From: Alphaproteobacteria bacterium UBA3635
Lineage (GTDB): Bacteria; Pseudomonadota; Alphaproteobacteria; Rs-D84
Reading direction: 5' to 3'
DNA length: 55,094 bases
Assembly (NCBI GenBank): GCA_002373935.1
Contig: DFKW01000009.1
Span: 1 to 55,094 of the forward strand
In this document: piece by piece, positions 20,382-29,363 of the stretch
Numbering within the stretch: position 1 is the first letter of the stretch
Layout of the letters: each line of letters begins with the position of its first letter
Notes under the pieces: model-generated
Seen by the model: only the letters and a program-made list of their open reading frames with translations
Told to the model about the DNA's origin: nothing
The model's database searches: none
Translations under genes and position numbers: made by a program

Positions 20382-21707
20382 TTATTCCTGTTTAATTGCC
20401 ATTTGTATCAGTTGTTTTGATTCTACCAAGAATTCCATTGGTAATCTAGATATAATTGGATTAGCCGTTGCGCCAATTATCAATGCGATTGCAACATCGG
20501 TTTCAATACCAGATTGTTCCAGATAGAGCAGGGCATCGGCATCAATTGCGCCGGTTGTGGCCTCGTGCGATTGATTATTTGTGTTGTTGGTATGAATAAT
20601 TGTTGGAATTGTATTCGCGGTGGCGTTATTCCCAATTATTGTCGTGTCGCATTTTGACGCGTTTGTACAATTTTCACCGGTAAAACTTACTAAACTGCGA
20701 AAGGTTTGTTTTGATGCGTCCAATGCAACACCGTATGACAAAATATTTGATACAGTATTATTCCCAGCGTGTATCATTTTTGTCCCGGTGTCTGATTGTT
20801 GTGCGCCACGCGTTATGGTTAATGAATAAAAGTCGCTGTGTGCATTATTTCCGGCCAAAATCGTAGATGGGTATTTCCATGTCATGGCGGATCCAACCTC
20901 TATTTGGGTCCAATCCAATGTTGCGTTTTCGTCGCATCGACCGCGTTTTGTGACAAAGTTCAAAATACCACCAACATTTTTATTGTTTTCATATTTTCCG
21001 GCATACCAATTTTGCACGGTAGAATACCGAACACGCGCATTGTCCAACACAATGATTTCAACAACGCCACTGTGTAATTGGTGATTGGGGCGACGTGGGG
21101 CACTGCATCCCTCCATATAACTTAAATCTGAACCGGTGTCGGCGATAATCAGTGTGCGTTCAAATTGTCCAATTTTTGCGGTCTCGATTCTAAAATAACT
21201 GGCCAAATCAATTGGGCATTTGGTGTGTGGTGGGACATATACAAATGTGCCATCGGAAAACACGGCCGCGTTTAATGCCGCAAAAAAATTGTCAGATGCC
21301 GGGACGACCGTACCCAGATATTTTTTTACTAAATCCGGGTATTGTTGCACCGCCGCAGAAAACGGTAAAAATATAATCCCCAATTTTTCCAATTCGTCAC
21401 GATATGATGTGTGCACAGATTTACTGTCGATAATTGTGTCGGTTGCCATGCCCAACAATGCGCGTTGTTCTGATTCCGGCAGTCCCATTTTTTTATACAT
21501 TTCAGCCAATTCAGAATTATCAATTTCGCGTTGTGTTGCATAGTAATCAAAAGAATCATAATCAATCGGGGCATAGTCAATTTCGGCCCAATGTGGTTCC
21601 GACATTTTTTGCCATGTGTGAAATGCCGCCAGACGCCAATCGGTCAACCAATCGGGTTCTTGGCGGGCGGCAGATATTTCACGAACAAGTTCTGCGTTTA
21701 GTTTCAA
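20382..21707 (-). CDS. sufB: Fe-S assembly scaffold SufB
   Basis: GQFERTLII, YSTVQNWY, NFVTKRG, TWKYPS, DTGTKMIH, HEAT. Confidence 0.92.
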   Translation of the reverse strand: MKLNAELVREISAARQEPDWLTDWRLAAFHTWQKMSEPHWAEIDYAPIDYDSFDYYATQREIDNSELAEMYKKMGLPESEQRALLGMATDTIIDSKSVHTSYRDELEKLGIIFLPFSAAVQQYPDLVKKYLGTVVPASDNFFAALNAAVFSDGTFVYVPPHTKCPIDLASYFRIETAKIGQFERTLIIADTGSDLSYMEGCSAPRRPNHQLHSGVVEIIVLDNARVRYSTVQNWYAGKYENNKNVGGILNFVTKRGRCDENATLDWTQIEVGSAMTWKYPSTILAGNNAHSDFYSLTITRGAQQSDTGTKMIHAGNNTVSNILSYGVALDASKQTFRSLVSFTGENCTNASKCDTTIIGNNATANTIPTIIHTNNTNNQSHEATTGAIDADALLYLEQSGIETDVAIALIIGATANPIISRLPMEFLVESKQLIQMAIKQE

Positions 21708-22252
21708 TTTGAGTCACCCGTATCTGCCAGTTGTTGCGCCTGGCCAAAAAAGGTCAAAGATTGTCCCAACAGGCCGTCTGTAAATGTTGATGCCAAAATA
21801 CCATCGGGTTCGGTTGTTGTTAGATATTGCAACAATCGATTGGCGCGCGCCATATAATTTGTCACATTTTGTGAAATATTAGAATCCAGTTTTATACACC
21901 GCCGCAATTTTTCCAACGCGAACGGGTTGCGGGAATATTCATCCATAATTCCGCCCAATGCCCGCCACAGTGGATGTTCGTTCGTGTTGCGTGGCATCGC
22001 GTCAATTGCCGCCATAATTGGAATCAGGTTTTGCAATAAATCTTGGTAAATAATTTCGGCATTTTCCGCCACCGCATTTGTTGCGTTTTTATTTTTCAAT
22101 GTTGCCTGGATTTTCCCCAGTAAATTGTACTGATGTCCCAATGTTTTTGTGATGTCTGTGATTTTTGCGTTCATGCCATGTATGGTTATGCACAAAATGA
22201 TGGTGCTGACAAACACCAGACCCAACAACGACATAAAGATTATATCTTGCAT
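21704..22252 (-). CDS. membrane-anchored hypothetical protein
   Basis: SD AGGAG, N-terminal TM helix, helical body; overlaps the sufB start. Confidence 0.65.
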   Translation of the reverse strand: MQDIIFMSLLGLVFVSTIILCITIHGMNAKITDITKTLGHQYNLLGKIQATLKNKNATNAVAENAEIIYQDLLQNLIPIMAAIDAMPRNTNEHPLWRALGGIMDEYSRNPFALEKLRRCIKLDSNISQNVTNYMARANRLLQYLTTTEPDGILASTFTDGLLGQSLTFFGQAQQLADTGDSN

Positions 22253-22428
22253 TTTTCTGACTCCTGAGATAAACGATGATAATATCAGTATAACATACAT
22301 TTTTTCGATTCGTGTGTTTTTGTGGTGCAAAATTAAAAACAAACCCACATATTTGACTTTTTGGTCTTGCACAGATTCGGTCGAATTGTTATAATATGCA
22401 TATCTAGATTGAAAGAAAGGACCTTTAA

Positions 22429-23280
22429 ATGTTTCGTAAGTTTTTGATTTTTGCAATGTTTGCAACGGCGGCGGGCTATTGTTTCGCGGACCCATATTTA
22501 CCCCAGGTCACCACGTCCGAGGTTTTTACAGATTCATATTCAAATGACAAGGTTGTAGAACAGACCGATGTGACCCAGTATTCTTATGCGGCGCCGGTGC
22601 CTGCGTGGCCGATTGCGGGGTCTGATGCGGATGTGACCGTTGGTTGTGATGACAAACCGGGTGCAAACAACGGTGATAATATTCGTATTGTTTCTAAAAT
22701 TGGCGATGATATGGTTGTTGATAACAGTTTTGATTTCAATGGCACGGGTTGGACCGGTGGGGCAAATATGTTGCATGGAAATCAAATACCGATGGGATTT
22801 GATGATGAATGCGAAAATGGTTCGGAAATGCCATTGTTGCGTCGTGAAACATTGGAAGATGACGGCGGAAATGTTTTGGCGGTTTCACGCAGTGGTCGTA
22901 AAAACTGTGCCAAACGCAACGCAATGGCAAATGCGGCGTTTTGGGAAATGGATTCTGATGCGGATACGGCCGAAATGGCGGTCGCCCAAAGTTCTGATGC
23001 CGAGGCGCCAAAATCACAACCGGATGCGGTGCGTTCTTGGGTGGTGGCCAGTGGTCAAACCCTGCGCGAGGTTTTGCAAGATTGGTGTGACAAAGAAGGT
23101 TGGGATTTGGTGTGGACAACATCGCGCGAATACCCGATTGAGGCATCTGCGGTGTTCAAGGGTCGCTTTACCGATGTGGCGTCTGCGTTGGTTCGTAATT
23201 TTGGACGTGCAACACCGGTACCGTATGCGAAATTTTACAAGGGTAATTTGGTGCTGGTGATTTCTACGAACGAAGAATAA
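22429..23280 (+). CDS. TcpQ-domain (type IVB pilus biogenesis, PilL-like) secreted protein
   Basis: C-terminal W.V..GQTLREVL.DW....GW.LVW....Y.I.A...F.G.F; sits upstream of the secretin. Confidence 0.8.
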   Translation: MFRKFLIFAMFATAAGYCFADPYLPQVTTSEVFTDSYSNDKVVEQTDVTQYSYAAPVPAWPIAGSDADVTVGCDDKPGANNGDNIRIVSKIGDDMVVDNSFDFNGTGWTGGANMLHGNQIPMGFDDECENGSEMPLLRRETLEDDGGNVLAVSRSGRKNCAKRNAMANAAFWEMDSDADTAEMAVAQSSDAEAPKSQPDAVRSWVVASGQTLREVLQDWCDKEGWDLVWTTSREYPIEASAVFKGRFTDVASALVRNFGRATPVPYAKFYKGNLVLVISTNEE

Positions 23281-23319
23281 TTGAAATGTTGCGGGTGGTG
23301 TTCCCAATGGAGAGATAGT

Positions 23320-24948
23320 ATGAAAACATTGTTAAAAAGATTTGTTTTATTTGCATTTTTTGGCGCGTTTGTCGCGGGTTGCACAATGGAACAATCGGCC
23401 AAGGTTGCATCGACCGTTGACCAAGATTTCGTCAATGCGTATGACGCGTTTGAAATGGCAAAAAATCCGCGGGCCAAGGTTGCCAGTGGTGACACTGTTT
23501 CCATGTCCGAGGGGGTATGGTTGGGAAATAAATCTGTGTCGTTGGAACACAAAAACAATTTGCCGGCACAATTTGAAACCGATACCGGAATTACAATTTT
23601 ATTGGATGAACCCGTATCTTTACAGGTTTTGGCGAACAATATAAATTCTGTGACGGGGATACCAGTTAAAATTGATAAACAAATAAATTCTGAAAAATTA
23701 AAAAAGACAATTGATGTTGCATATACCGGAAAATTATCGGGCTTGTTGTCCCAGGTTGCGACGGATTTAGATTTGCTGTGGTATTATGACCGGGCGTCGA
23801 TTGTGTTTTACGAAACGGAAACACGCACATTTACATTATATGCATTGGGAACCGATATGTCATATCAAACCGCGGTCCAGGCGGACAATTCCGGCCAGGT
23901 TGTGTTGGAATCTACATTGAAAGAGTGGGATGAAATTGAAAAGGCACTGACGGCGATTGTGGGTAATGCGGAAAATTCTGAATTTACCGTTTCACGCAGT
24001 TTGGGAACCATTACTGCAACGGCGCCACCGTCGGTATTGGCACGCATTGGCGATTATATTGAAAAGCAAAATAAACGTTTGTCGCAGTTGGTGACGATTG
24101 ATGTCAAAGTTTTGCAAGTGTCGATTTCAAATGAATCTGCATTTGGGTTGAATTTGGCGGCGGCGATAAATTCGACATCGGGGTTGAACATCGTTGCAAA
24201 TCCGAAAAATAATTTAGGTGTCGCAAACGCCAGTTCTATGAACATCGCGGTATTGTCAAATACTTTGTCGGCGGCGACGGGTGCGACGCATATCGAAAAT
24301 GGCAGTGTCGTCAGTGGTGCATATACCAATGACCAAATTATGAACGGTTCGTTGGCGCGTGGCGCGGGCAGTACCGGTTTGATTGAGGCATTGGCAAAGC
24401 AGGGCAAGGTGTCTTTGGTGACAAATGTTGGCGTCACAACGCGTAATAATCGTGTCGCCCCCGTCAGCAATATGACATCGACCGGATATATTAAACGGTT
24501 TGAATCGCGCAATTTCACCACCGTCGAATCCAGTACCGTTGACCAGGCGGATTTACAGACCGGTTTTTCGATGCAGTTGTTGCCGAACGTTTTGGAAAAT
24601 GGCAAGATTTTGTTGCTGTTCCGTATGTCGGTGCGTGAATTGATTAAAATGTCAACCCAATCGATTGGCGAGGTCACCTTGCAATTACCCGAGGTTGAAG
24701 AACGCAGTTTCATGCAAGAAGTCATCATGGAATCGGGTCAGATGTTGGTTGTATCGGGATTTGAAAAGCAAAAGAATAATGACACGCGTTATGGTTTGGG
24801 TGATCCGGACTTTATGGCGCTGTCTGGGTCGCGTTCGACAAATTCCGGACGTGATGTATTGGTGGTTATATTGACCCCGCAAGTATTGATCAGTCCGTTG
24901 GATGCCGAACGCAGTATCCAGCAAAACTGGGGTGCCCCATTGAATTAA
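23320..24948 (+). CDS. type IVB pilus secretin lipoprotein (PilN/BfpB/TcpC-like)
   Basis: Lipobox VAGC; Y.G.L.GLL..VA N-domain; secretin core ending GQMLVVSGFE and LVVILTP. Confidence 0.85.
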   Translation: MKTLLKRFVLFAFFGAFVAGCTMEQSAKVASTVDQDFVNAYDAFEMAKNPRAKVASGDTVSMSEGVWLGNKSVSLEHKNNLPAQFETDTGITILLDEPVSLQVLANNINSVTGIPVKIDKQINSEKLKKTIDVAYTGKLSGLLSQVATDLDLLWYYDRASIVFYETETRTFTLYALGTDMSYQTAVQADNSGQVVLESTLKEWDEIEKALTAIVGNAENSEFTVSRSLGTITATAPPSVLARIGDYIEKQNKRLSQLVTIDVKVLQVSISNESAFGLNLAAAINSTSGLNIVANPKNNLGVANASSMNIAVLSNTLSAATGATHIENGSVVSGAYTNDQIMNGSLARGAGSTGLIEALAKQGKVSLVTNVGVTTRNNRVAPVSNMTSTGYIKRFESRNFTTVESSTVDQADLQTGFSMQLLPNVLENGKILLLFRMSVRELIKMSTQSIGEVTLQLPEVEERSFMQEVIMESGQMLVVSGFEKQKNNDTRYGLGDPDFMALSGSRSTNSGRDVLVVILTPQVLISPLDAERSIQQNWGAPLN

Positions 24949-24977
24949 AAAAAACCGCCCACCCGGGCGGTTTTTTT
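24948..24977 (+). terminator. intrinsic terminator
   Basis: AAAAAAACCGCCC-accc-GGGCGGTTTTTTT. Confidence 0.8.
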
Positions 24978-24978
24978 A

Positions 24979-25132
24979 CAGAGTGCATCCGTCTCTGCTG
25001 TCGCAGAGCCGCGACTGTGGTTGATGAATAATTATTATTCTGGATATTCCCCGTCTTTTCTGTGCGCCAGCACAAAAAGAAGGGGTGGCACGAAACCACG
25101 ATAGTGGTTGAGTGACGGGGCAGTTCAAAAAA
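24979..25132. repeat. REP-like mosaic (GTTGATGAAT end plus family B element)
   Basis: GGAyATTCCCCGTCTTTTCT..hairpin..AAAAAGAAGGGGTGG..hairpin..GACGGGGCAGTTC, shared with copies near 25650, 28200 and 54850. Confidence 0.8.
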
Positions 25133-25136
25133 TTTA

Positions 25137-25166
25137 TTGCACACGCAAAAAATTTTTTTCTATAAT
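25137..25166 (+). promoter_or_regulatory. sigma70-type promoter of the candidate ncRNA
   Basis: TTGCAC, 18 bp, TATAAT. Confidence 0.65.
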
Positions 25167-25171
25167 AACAT

Positions 25172-25525
25172 CAGAAATCACCAGGGAGTTGATTTCGGAA
25201 AGGGTTATCGAAAGCCCGAACGTAGCCGGTGCAAAACCTGCATCGTTATCCCAAAGGTTCCATAATACCCGATTCGATTCGTGTCGGGGGTGGCTTTGTG
25301 TGACAATTCACTTTTTGCACCGATATTTATTTATCGTCGGTGTTTATTCACGATTTATAAATATAAATTTTTATTCCCAAAATGAGAAACCCCTCAAGCA
25401 ACCTGATTTGGTTTGGCGGGGGTGCCGCGGTGTCGGATAGAAACGCCCGTGGAATCATTGTTACGTTTGATTTTCGAACACCCTTAGCCGTTTTATTCCC
25501 CGTTGGTTTCCAGCGGTGTTTTTTT
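25172..25525 (+). ncRNA. candidate large structured ncRNA, class unknown
   Basis: 5' hairpin; closing helix 25200-25226/25460-25485; five internal hairpins; G-U pairs favour the + strand; terminator 25500-25525; no credible ORF. Confidence 0.65.
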
Positions 25526-25550
25526 ATTTTTCGCGACCGCGAAAAATAAC

Positions 25551-25738
25551 AGAGTTCAGAGTGCAAAGTTCACCCCGTCGCCCGTTGGGCTATGGGGCGC
25601 AGGCATAGTTCAGTTGATGAATTATTGATTTTGACTGTGAACCCCAGCCCCGGACATTCCCCGTCTTTTCTTGCGTAGCAAAAAAGAAGGGGTGGATGTT
25701 GAGCGTTAGCGAAACAGACGGGGCAGTTTTAAAAAAAT
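25551..25738. repeat. left REP mosaic of the fibre-gene cassette (heptamer repeats, 55-bp IR arm, family B)
   Basis: AGAGTTC/AGAGTGC/AAAGTTC heptamers; 25568-25622 is the reverse complement of 28842-28896 with 1 mismatch. Confidence 0.85.
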
Positions 25739-25744
25739 TACCGC

Positions 25745-25945
25745 CGGTGTTTGGTTTTGCGTGGGATGTTTTTCAGACCGAATTCAATTCCCTCGACACA
25801 ACTACGTTGTGTCTGCGGGGCACTCCTGACGGTTTGATTGCGCAATGCTTATCAAACCTACTCGTAGTCCCATGACGCGACATAAAACGGGTTGTGTTTA
25901 AACAAACTGCTAAGGCCTTTCTGGCATCCCTGCAAAACATCACCG
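25745..25945 (+). other. structured 200-nt leader or element upstream of the fibre gene
   Basis: Closing stem GTTTTGC-gt-GGGATG/CATCCC-t-GCAAAAC; internal hairpins GACACAA/TTGTGTC and GGTTTGAT/ATCAAACC. Confidence 0.5.
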
Positions 25946-25976
25946 CAAAGACAACGAAAAGAAAAGGACGGGAAAA

Positions 25977-28082
25977 ATGAGAAAAATATTGTTCGGGCTG
26001 TTGGGGTTATTGTGGGCGATACCATCTTGGGCAAATTGCAATTTGTTGAATCCTAGTGACATGGTCGATTTTACGTTGCAAGAAAATGGAATCGTCAGTA
26101 ATACCGCCACAGATACAAGAGATAAACTGCAAATGCAAGTTCTCGTAATATTTGATGGAACTACTTTTCAATCTGTAATAAGTGATTTTATAAGTACACC
26201 CGGTCATTATTCCTATACTTTCACTGTACCATCAGATGCCATAGCTGTCACTATCAAACACAACGGTCAGGGCAGAGATTTACGATTTAGCTCACGTTTC
26301 CGAACTCCTGGAACATACACTTTGTCATTTGATGTGTTGTCCGCAAACCCGACGATTGTCGGTGGGATACAATTACAAAACATTAAACTGGAACGTGGTG
26401 ACACCGCAACGGCATACACGCCATACGATGCGAATTGCGTAGATCGCTGTGCAAATTTGTATAATTATTCTTATAGAAATTCAGAACATTATGAATTGGT
26501 TGATGGAAATACATTAAAAAATTTAGCAACAGACACGGCTAATTATTTTTCACTACAAATTTATGATGTAATAACAAAAGAATCGTATCTATATACCAGC
26601 ACTTCAACACCTGGTAAATACAATTTAAAATTTACTGTTCCTAATGTTGATAATAGTGTGTCTATTTATCATAGTGGTAAAAGTGCAAATCTGGGTTTTT
26701 TTACATCACGAAAAATAAATCCCGGAGATTATGTTTTGTCGTTTGATTTGCTGTCCGCGAACCCGTCTGTTGTTGGTGGTTTACAATTAAAAAACATCAG
26801 TTTGCGACCTGCATATTGTTCCGAGATTCAGGTTGCATCCACGAAATACACTGAAACAGTGTTTAATCCGCTGAATACGGCGCTGCAGAGTGCGATTAGT
26901 GTGGTGGACAGTGTGGTGTCGCGCACGATAGCTCAGGCCGCCAGCATTGCAACTTTGCAGAGTGGCAAGCAAACCCGCCCTGCGAACAACACCGAATGCC
27001 CGGCGTATAAACAGTGTTTGTTGGTCGAGGACGAGCAAGGGGTTCCGCACTGGTACCAAATCACCGACCCGTTCCGTGATTTCGTCGCCCCGATTATTAC
27101 CAATCGTGTGAGCGGTTCTTCATCAACATATAACCCTGGATTTACCCAGTTGGAGTATTTGCGTTCTGATGGGAGTGCTTACATAAACACGAATTATTCT
27201 CCAACATCAAAAACACGTATAGAAATTGTCGCGAAAGTTGACTCTGGTGCAGGTAATGTAAATATTGTTGGTTCAGGACGTGGAACAACAGGCGATTCTG
27301 CCAGTGCGTTACTTGTTATAAATTCTTTGAACGATAATACTGCCGAAATCAAATTCGACCCAGCTGGAACGTGGCTTCATGCAGAGGATGTTAATATGCT
27401 AGAAAAAAACAGATTATCGTTATCTGCAACAGAATTTTCTGTGAACGGTGATGTGAAATTGACTAATAATGCAACGATTCCAGATACAGATAATAAGCCT
27501 TTTTATATCTTTCAGAGATGGCGACCGTCGATAGAGAGCACCAATAATAAAGTGCAAGTATACGAATTTAGCATTTACGAAAATGACATTTTGGTTCGAA
27601 ATATGATCCCTGCGAAACGGAACAGTGACGGTGCGATTGGGATGTATGATACCGTCACGAAAACTTTCTTTACCAATGCGGGCACAGGCACATTCACCGC
27701 GGGTCCGGTGGTTGCGAATACTGACGTCCCGGCGAACCCGACTTGGACAGCGACATGGGTTGCAACCCCAAGTAAAGGCATTGTTGCCGGAACGGTATAT
27801 GGCGAAGGTTTGTGCAATGCGGTGGCCCCAAGCAGCGTTGACGGAGTCCCAGCAACCGCCGCAAATCTGAGTGATTCTGGTTGGAATACAGTTGGTTTGA
27901 ATTGTTGGTGCCGTATGACAGGCATCAATGTGGACAATGAATTTTCACCTGTTGCCAGTGTGTTATGGATTAGCAACAACCCGTTCCCATCAAATACAAA
28001 TTGTGCAACCTCATGTTCGGATCGTTGCGTGTCCTCTATGAGATATAGCGCCGAGTATTTACAAGCATTATTCGGGATGTAA
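25977..28082 (+). CDS. modular secreted fibre/adhesin-like protein (2 CBM-like repeats, coiled-coil/KQTRP-Cys module, lectin-like domain, Cys-rich tip)
   Basis: Signal peptide; duplicated LSFD.LSANP..VGG.QL.NI; IKLERGDTATAYTPY and QLEYL.S.G..YI.T...G.YDTV..TF..N.G motifs resembling phage-tail modules. Confidence 0.75.
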   Translation: MRKILFGLLGLLWAIPSWANCNLLNPSDMVDFTLQENGIVSNTATDTRDKLQMQVLVIFDGTTFQSVISDFISTPGHYSYTFTVPSDAIAVTIKHNGQGRDLRFSSRFRTPGTYTLSFDVLSANPTIVGGIQLQNIKLERGDTATAYTPYDANCVDRCANLYNYSYRNSEHYELVDGNTLKNLATDTANYFSLQIYDVITKESYLYTSTSTPGKYNLKFTVPNVDNSVSIYHSGKSANLGFFTSRKINPGDYVLSFDLLSANPSVVGGLQLKNISLRPAYCSEIQVASTKYTETVFNPLNTALQSAISVVDSVVSRTIAQAASIATLQSGKQTRPANNTECPAYKQCLLVEDEQGVPHWYQITDPFRDFVAPIITNRVSGSSSTYNPGFTQLEYLRSDGSAYINTNYSPTSKTRIEIVAKVDSGAGNVNIVGSGRGTTGDSASALLVINSLNDNTAEIKFDPAGTWLHAEDVNMLEKNRLSLSATEFSVNGDVKLTNNATIPDTDNKPFYIFQRWRPSIESTNNKVQVYEFSIYENDILVRNMIPAKRNSDGAIGMYDTVTKTFFTNAGTGTFTAGPVVANTDVPANPTWTATWVATPSKGIVAGTVYGEGLCNAVAPSSVDGVPATAANLSDSGWNTVGLNCWCRMTGINVDNEFSPVASVLWISNNPFPSNTNCATSCSDRCVSSMRYSAEYLQALFGM

Positions 28083-28980
28083 CCCACCCCACCACTGCGC
28101 GATGCTTGTGGTCCGCCCCCTCCCTGGCCCCAGGGAGGGGAATGCCGTCGGCTTGCGCCGACATATTTATTGCCGATCCGGTGGCGGGGGTGATTTATTC
28201 TTGGACATTCCCCGTCTTTTCTAGCCGCAGGATAAAAAGAAGGGGGGGGACCGGCGTAGCCGGTGGGGCAGTTCAAATTACCCCGTCTGTTTCGCTACGC
28301 TCAACATCCACCCCTTCTTTGGGAAAGAAGGGGACGGTGCAAGAACGAATAGTTATTCATCAACTGAACTCTGCACTCTGAACTCTGAAAAAAACATCCG
28401 GCAACGGATGTTTTTTTGTCATTGCGAGCGAACGAGTTCAATTTGCGTGCATCGGGCCCCACGAAATTGCAAAATTTTGTGGGTGATGTTAGCGCAAAGC
28501 CGAACGAGAGAGACGTGGCAATCCAGTCAATAAAAAAGTCCAGCCTGCGGCTGGTGCTTTAATCGACCTGGATCCTTTCGACTGCGCAAAACTGCGAATG
28601 CGCGACATCGCTGTTTTGCTTCGCTCAGGATGACAACCCGTCTGTGCATTCGCACAGCCGCGGTTTGTCGGTTTGGCAAAGATTCCGCCCCATTGGGGAG
28701 GGGGACCGGCGTAGCCGGTGGCGGGGGTGACAAATTACCCCGTCTTGCGACTTTGTCGCAATCCACCCCTTCTTTGTGAAAGAAGGGTACGGTGCAAGAA
28801 CGAGCCAAACCCGACAAAATGCGAAAGCGTTTTGTCTAATTATTCATCAACTGAACTCTGCCTGCGCCCCATAGCCCAACGGGCGACGGGGTGAACCATT
28901 CGGCATATAACCCCCTCCGTCGGCTGGCGCCGACCATCCTCCCCGAACCGCGCATCACTGCGTGATGCACTGGGGCGGAA
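28083..28980. repeat. right REP mosaic of the cassette (family B pairs, GTCATTGCGAG../..CTCAGGATGAC palindromes, heptamers, IR arm)
   Basis: Dense hairpins; about 155 bp near-identical to the reverse complement of 54841-54996. Confidence 0.85.
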
Positions 28981-29021
28981 TCAAAAAAACCGCCCGGTTG
29001 GGCGGTGTGTTTTACTGTAAT

Positions 29022-29282
29022 TTAGGCAATTTTTGCCAATTTTTTCGTCAAACGTGATACTTTGCGTGCGGCACGTTTTTTCGGCATTGTTTTGCCCGCC
29101 GCCTTCATAATTTTGCTTTCGGCATTGCGGACCGCCGTTGTTGCCGCGGCCTTGTCCCCGGTGGCAATTGCCGCCAGTGCCTTTTTCGTTTCGGTTTTTA
29201 CCGCACTGCGACGTGCAGTGTTGATTGCGTTTTTCTTGATTGTGACCAAGATTCTTTTTTTAGATGACTTGTGATTTGCCAC
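29022..29282 (-). CDS. rpsT: 30S ribosomal protein S20
   Basis: MANHKSSKKRI, AARKVSRL. Confidence 0.95.
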   Translation of the reverse strand: MANHKSSKKRILVTIKKNAINTARRSAVKTETKKALAAIATGDKAAATTAVRNAESKIMKAAGKTMPKKRAARKVSRLTKKLAKIA

Positions 29283-29363
29283 TGTTTTTCCTTTTGTTTA
29301 TTTTTTAGATGTTTTATGATATTTTATATGAACAAAATATAAAATCAAGGGGAAATATAAAAA

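Noticed and set aside
25172-25525. RNase P, two-piece tmRNA, SRP, 6S, cobalamin riboswitch or retron identity for the structured RNA
   Set aside because: It lacks GGAAAGUC with the bulged-U P4, a tRNA-like CCA end, SRP helix 8, the 6S rod shape and the B12 box, and there is no adjacent RT. The GGAAAG and CCGGTGCAAA resemblances are only partial.
25108-25566. ORFs 25108..25440 and 25348..25566
   Set aside because: They have non-ATG starts inside repeats and no RBS; the promoter lies within the first; RNA structure explains the region better.
25977-28082. Prophage tail gene
   Set aside because: Phage-like modules are present, but the protein has a Sec signal peptide and no phage genes are nearby.
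27900-28300. Diversity-generating retroelement target (variable C-terminus followed by hairpins)
   Set aside because: No reverse transcriptase or template repeat is visible, and differences between the two gene ends and tails are not adenine-specific. It cannot be fully excluded genome-wide.
27575-28817. ORFs 27575..28276, 28106..28381 and 28527..28817
   Set aside because: They are antisense to the fibre gene or read through palindromic repeats, with no RBS or recognisable motifs.
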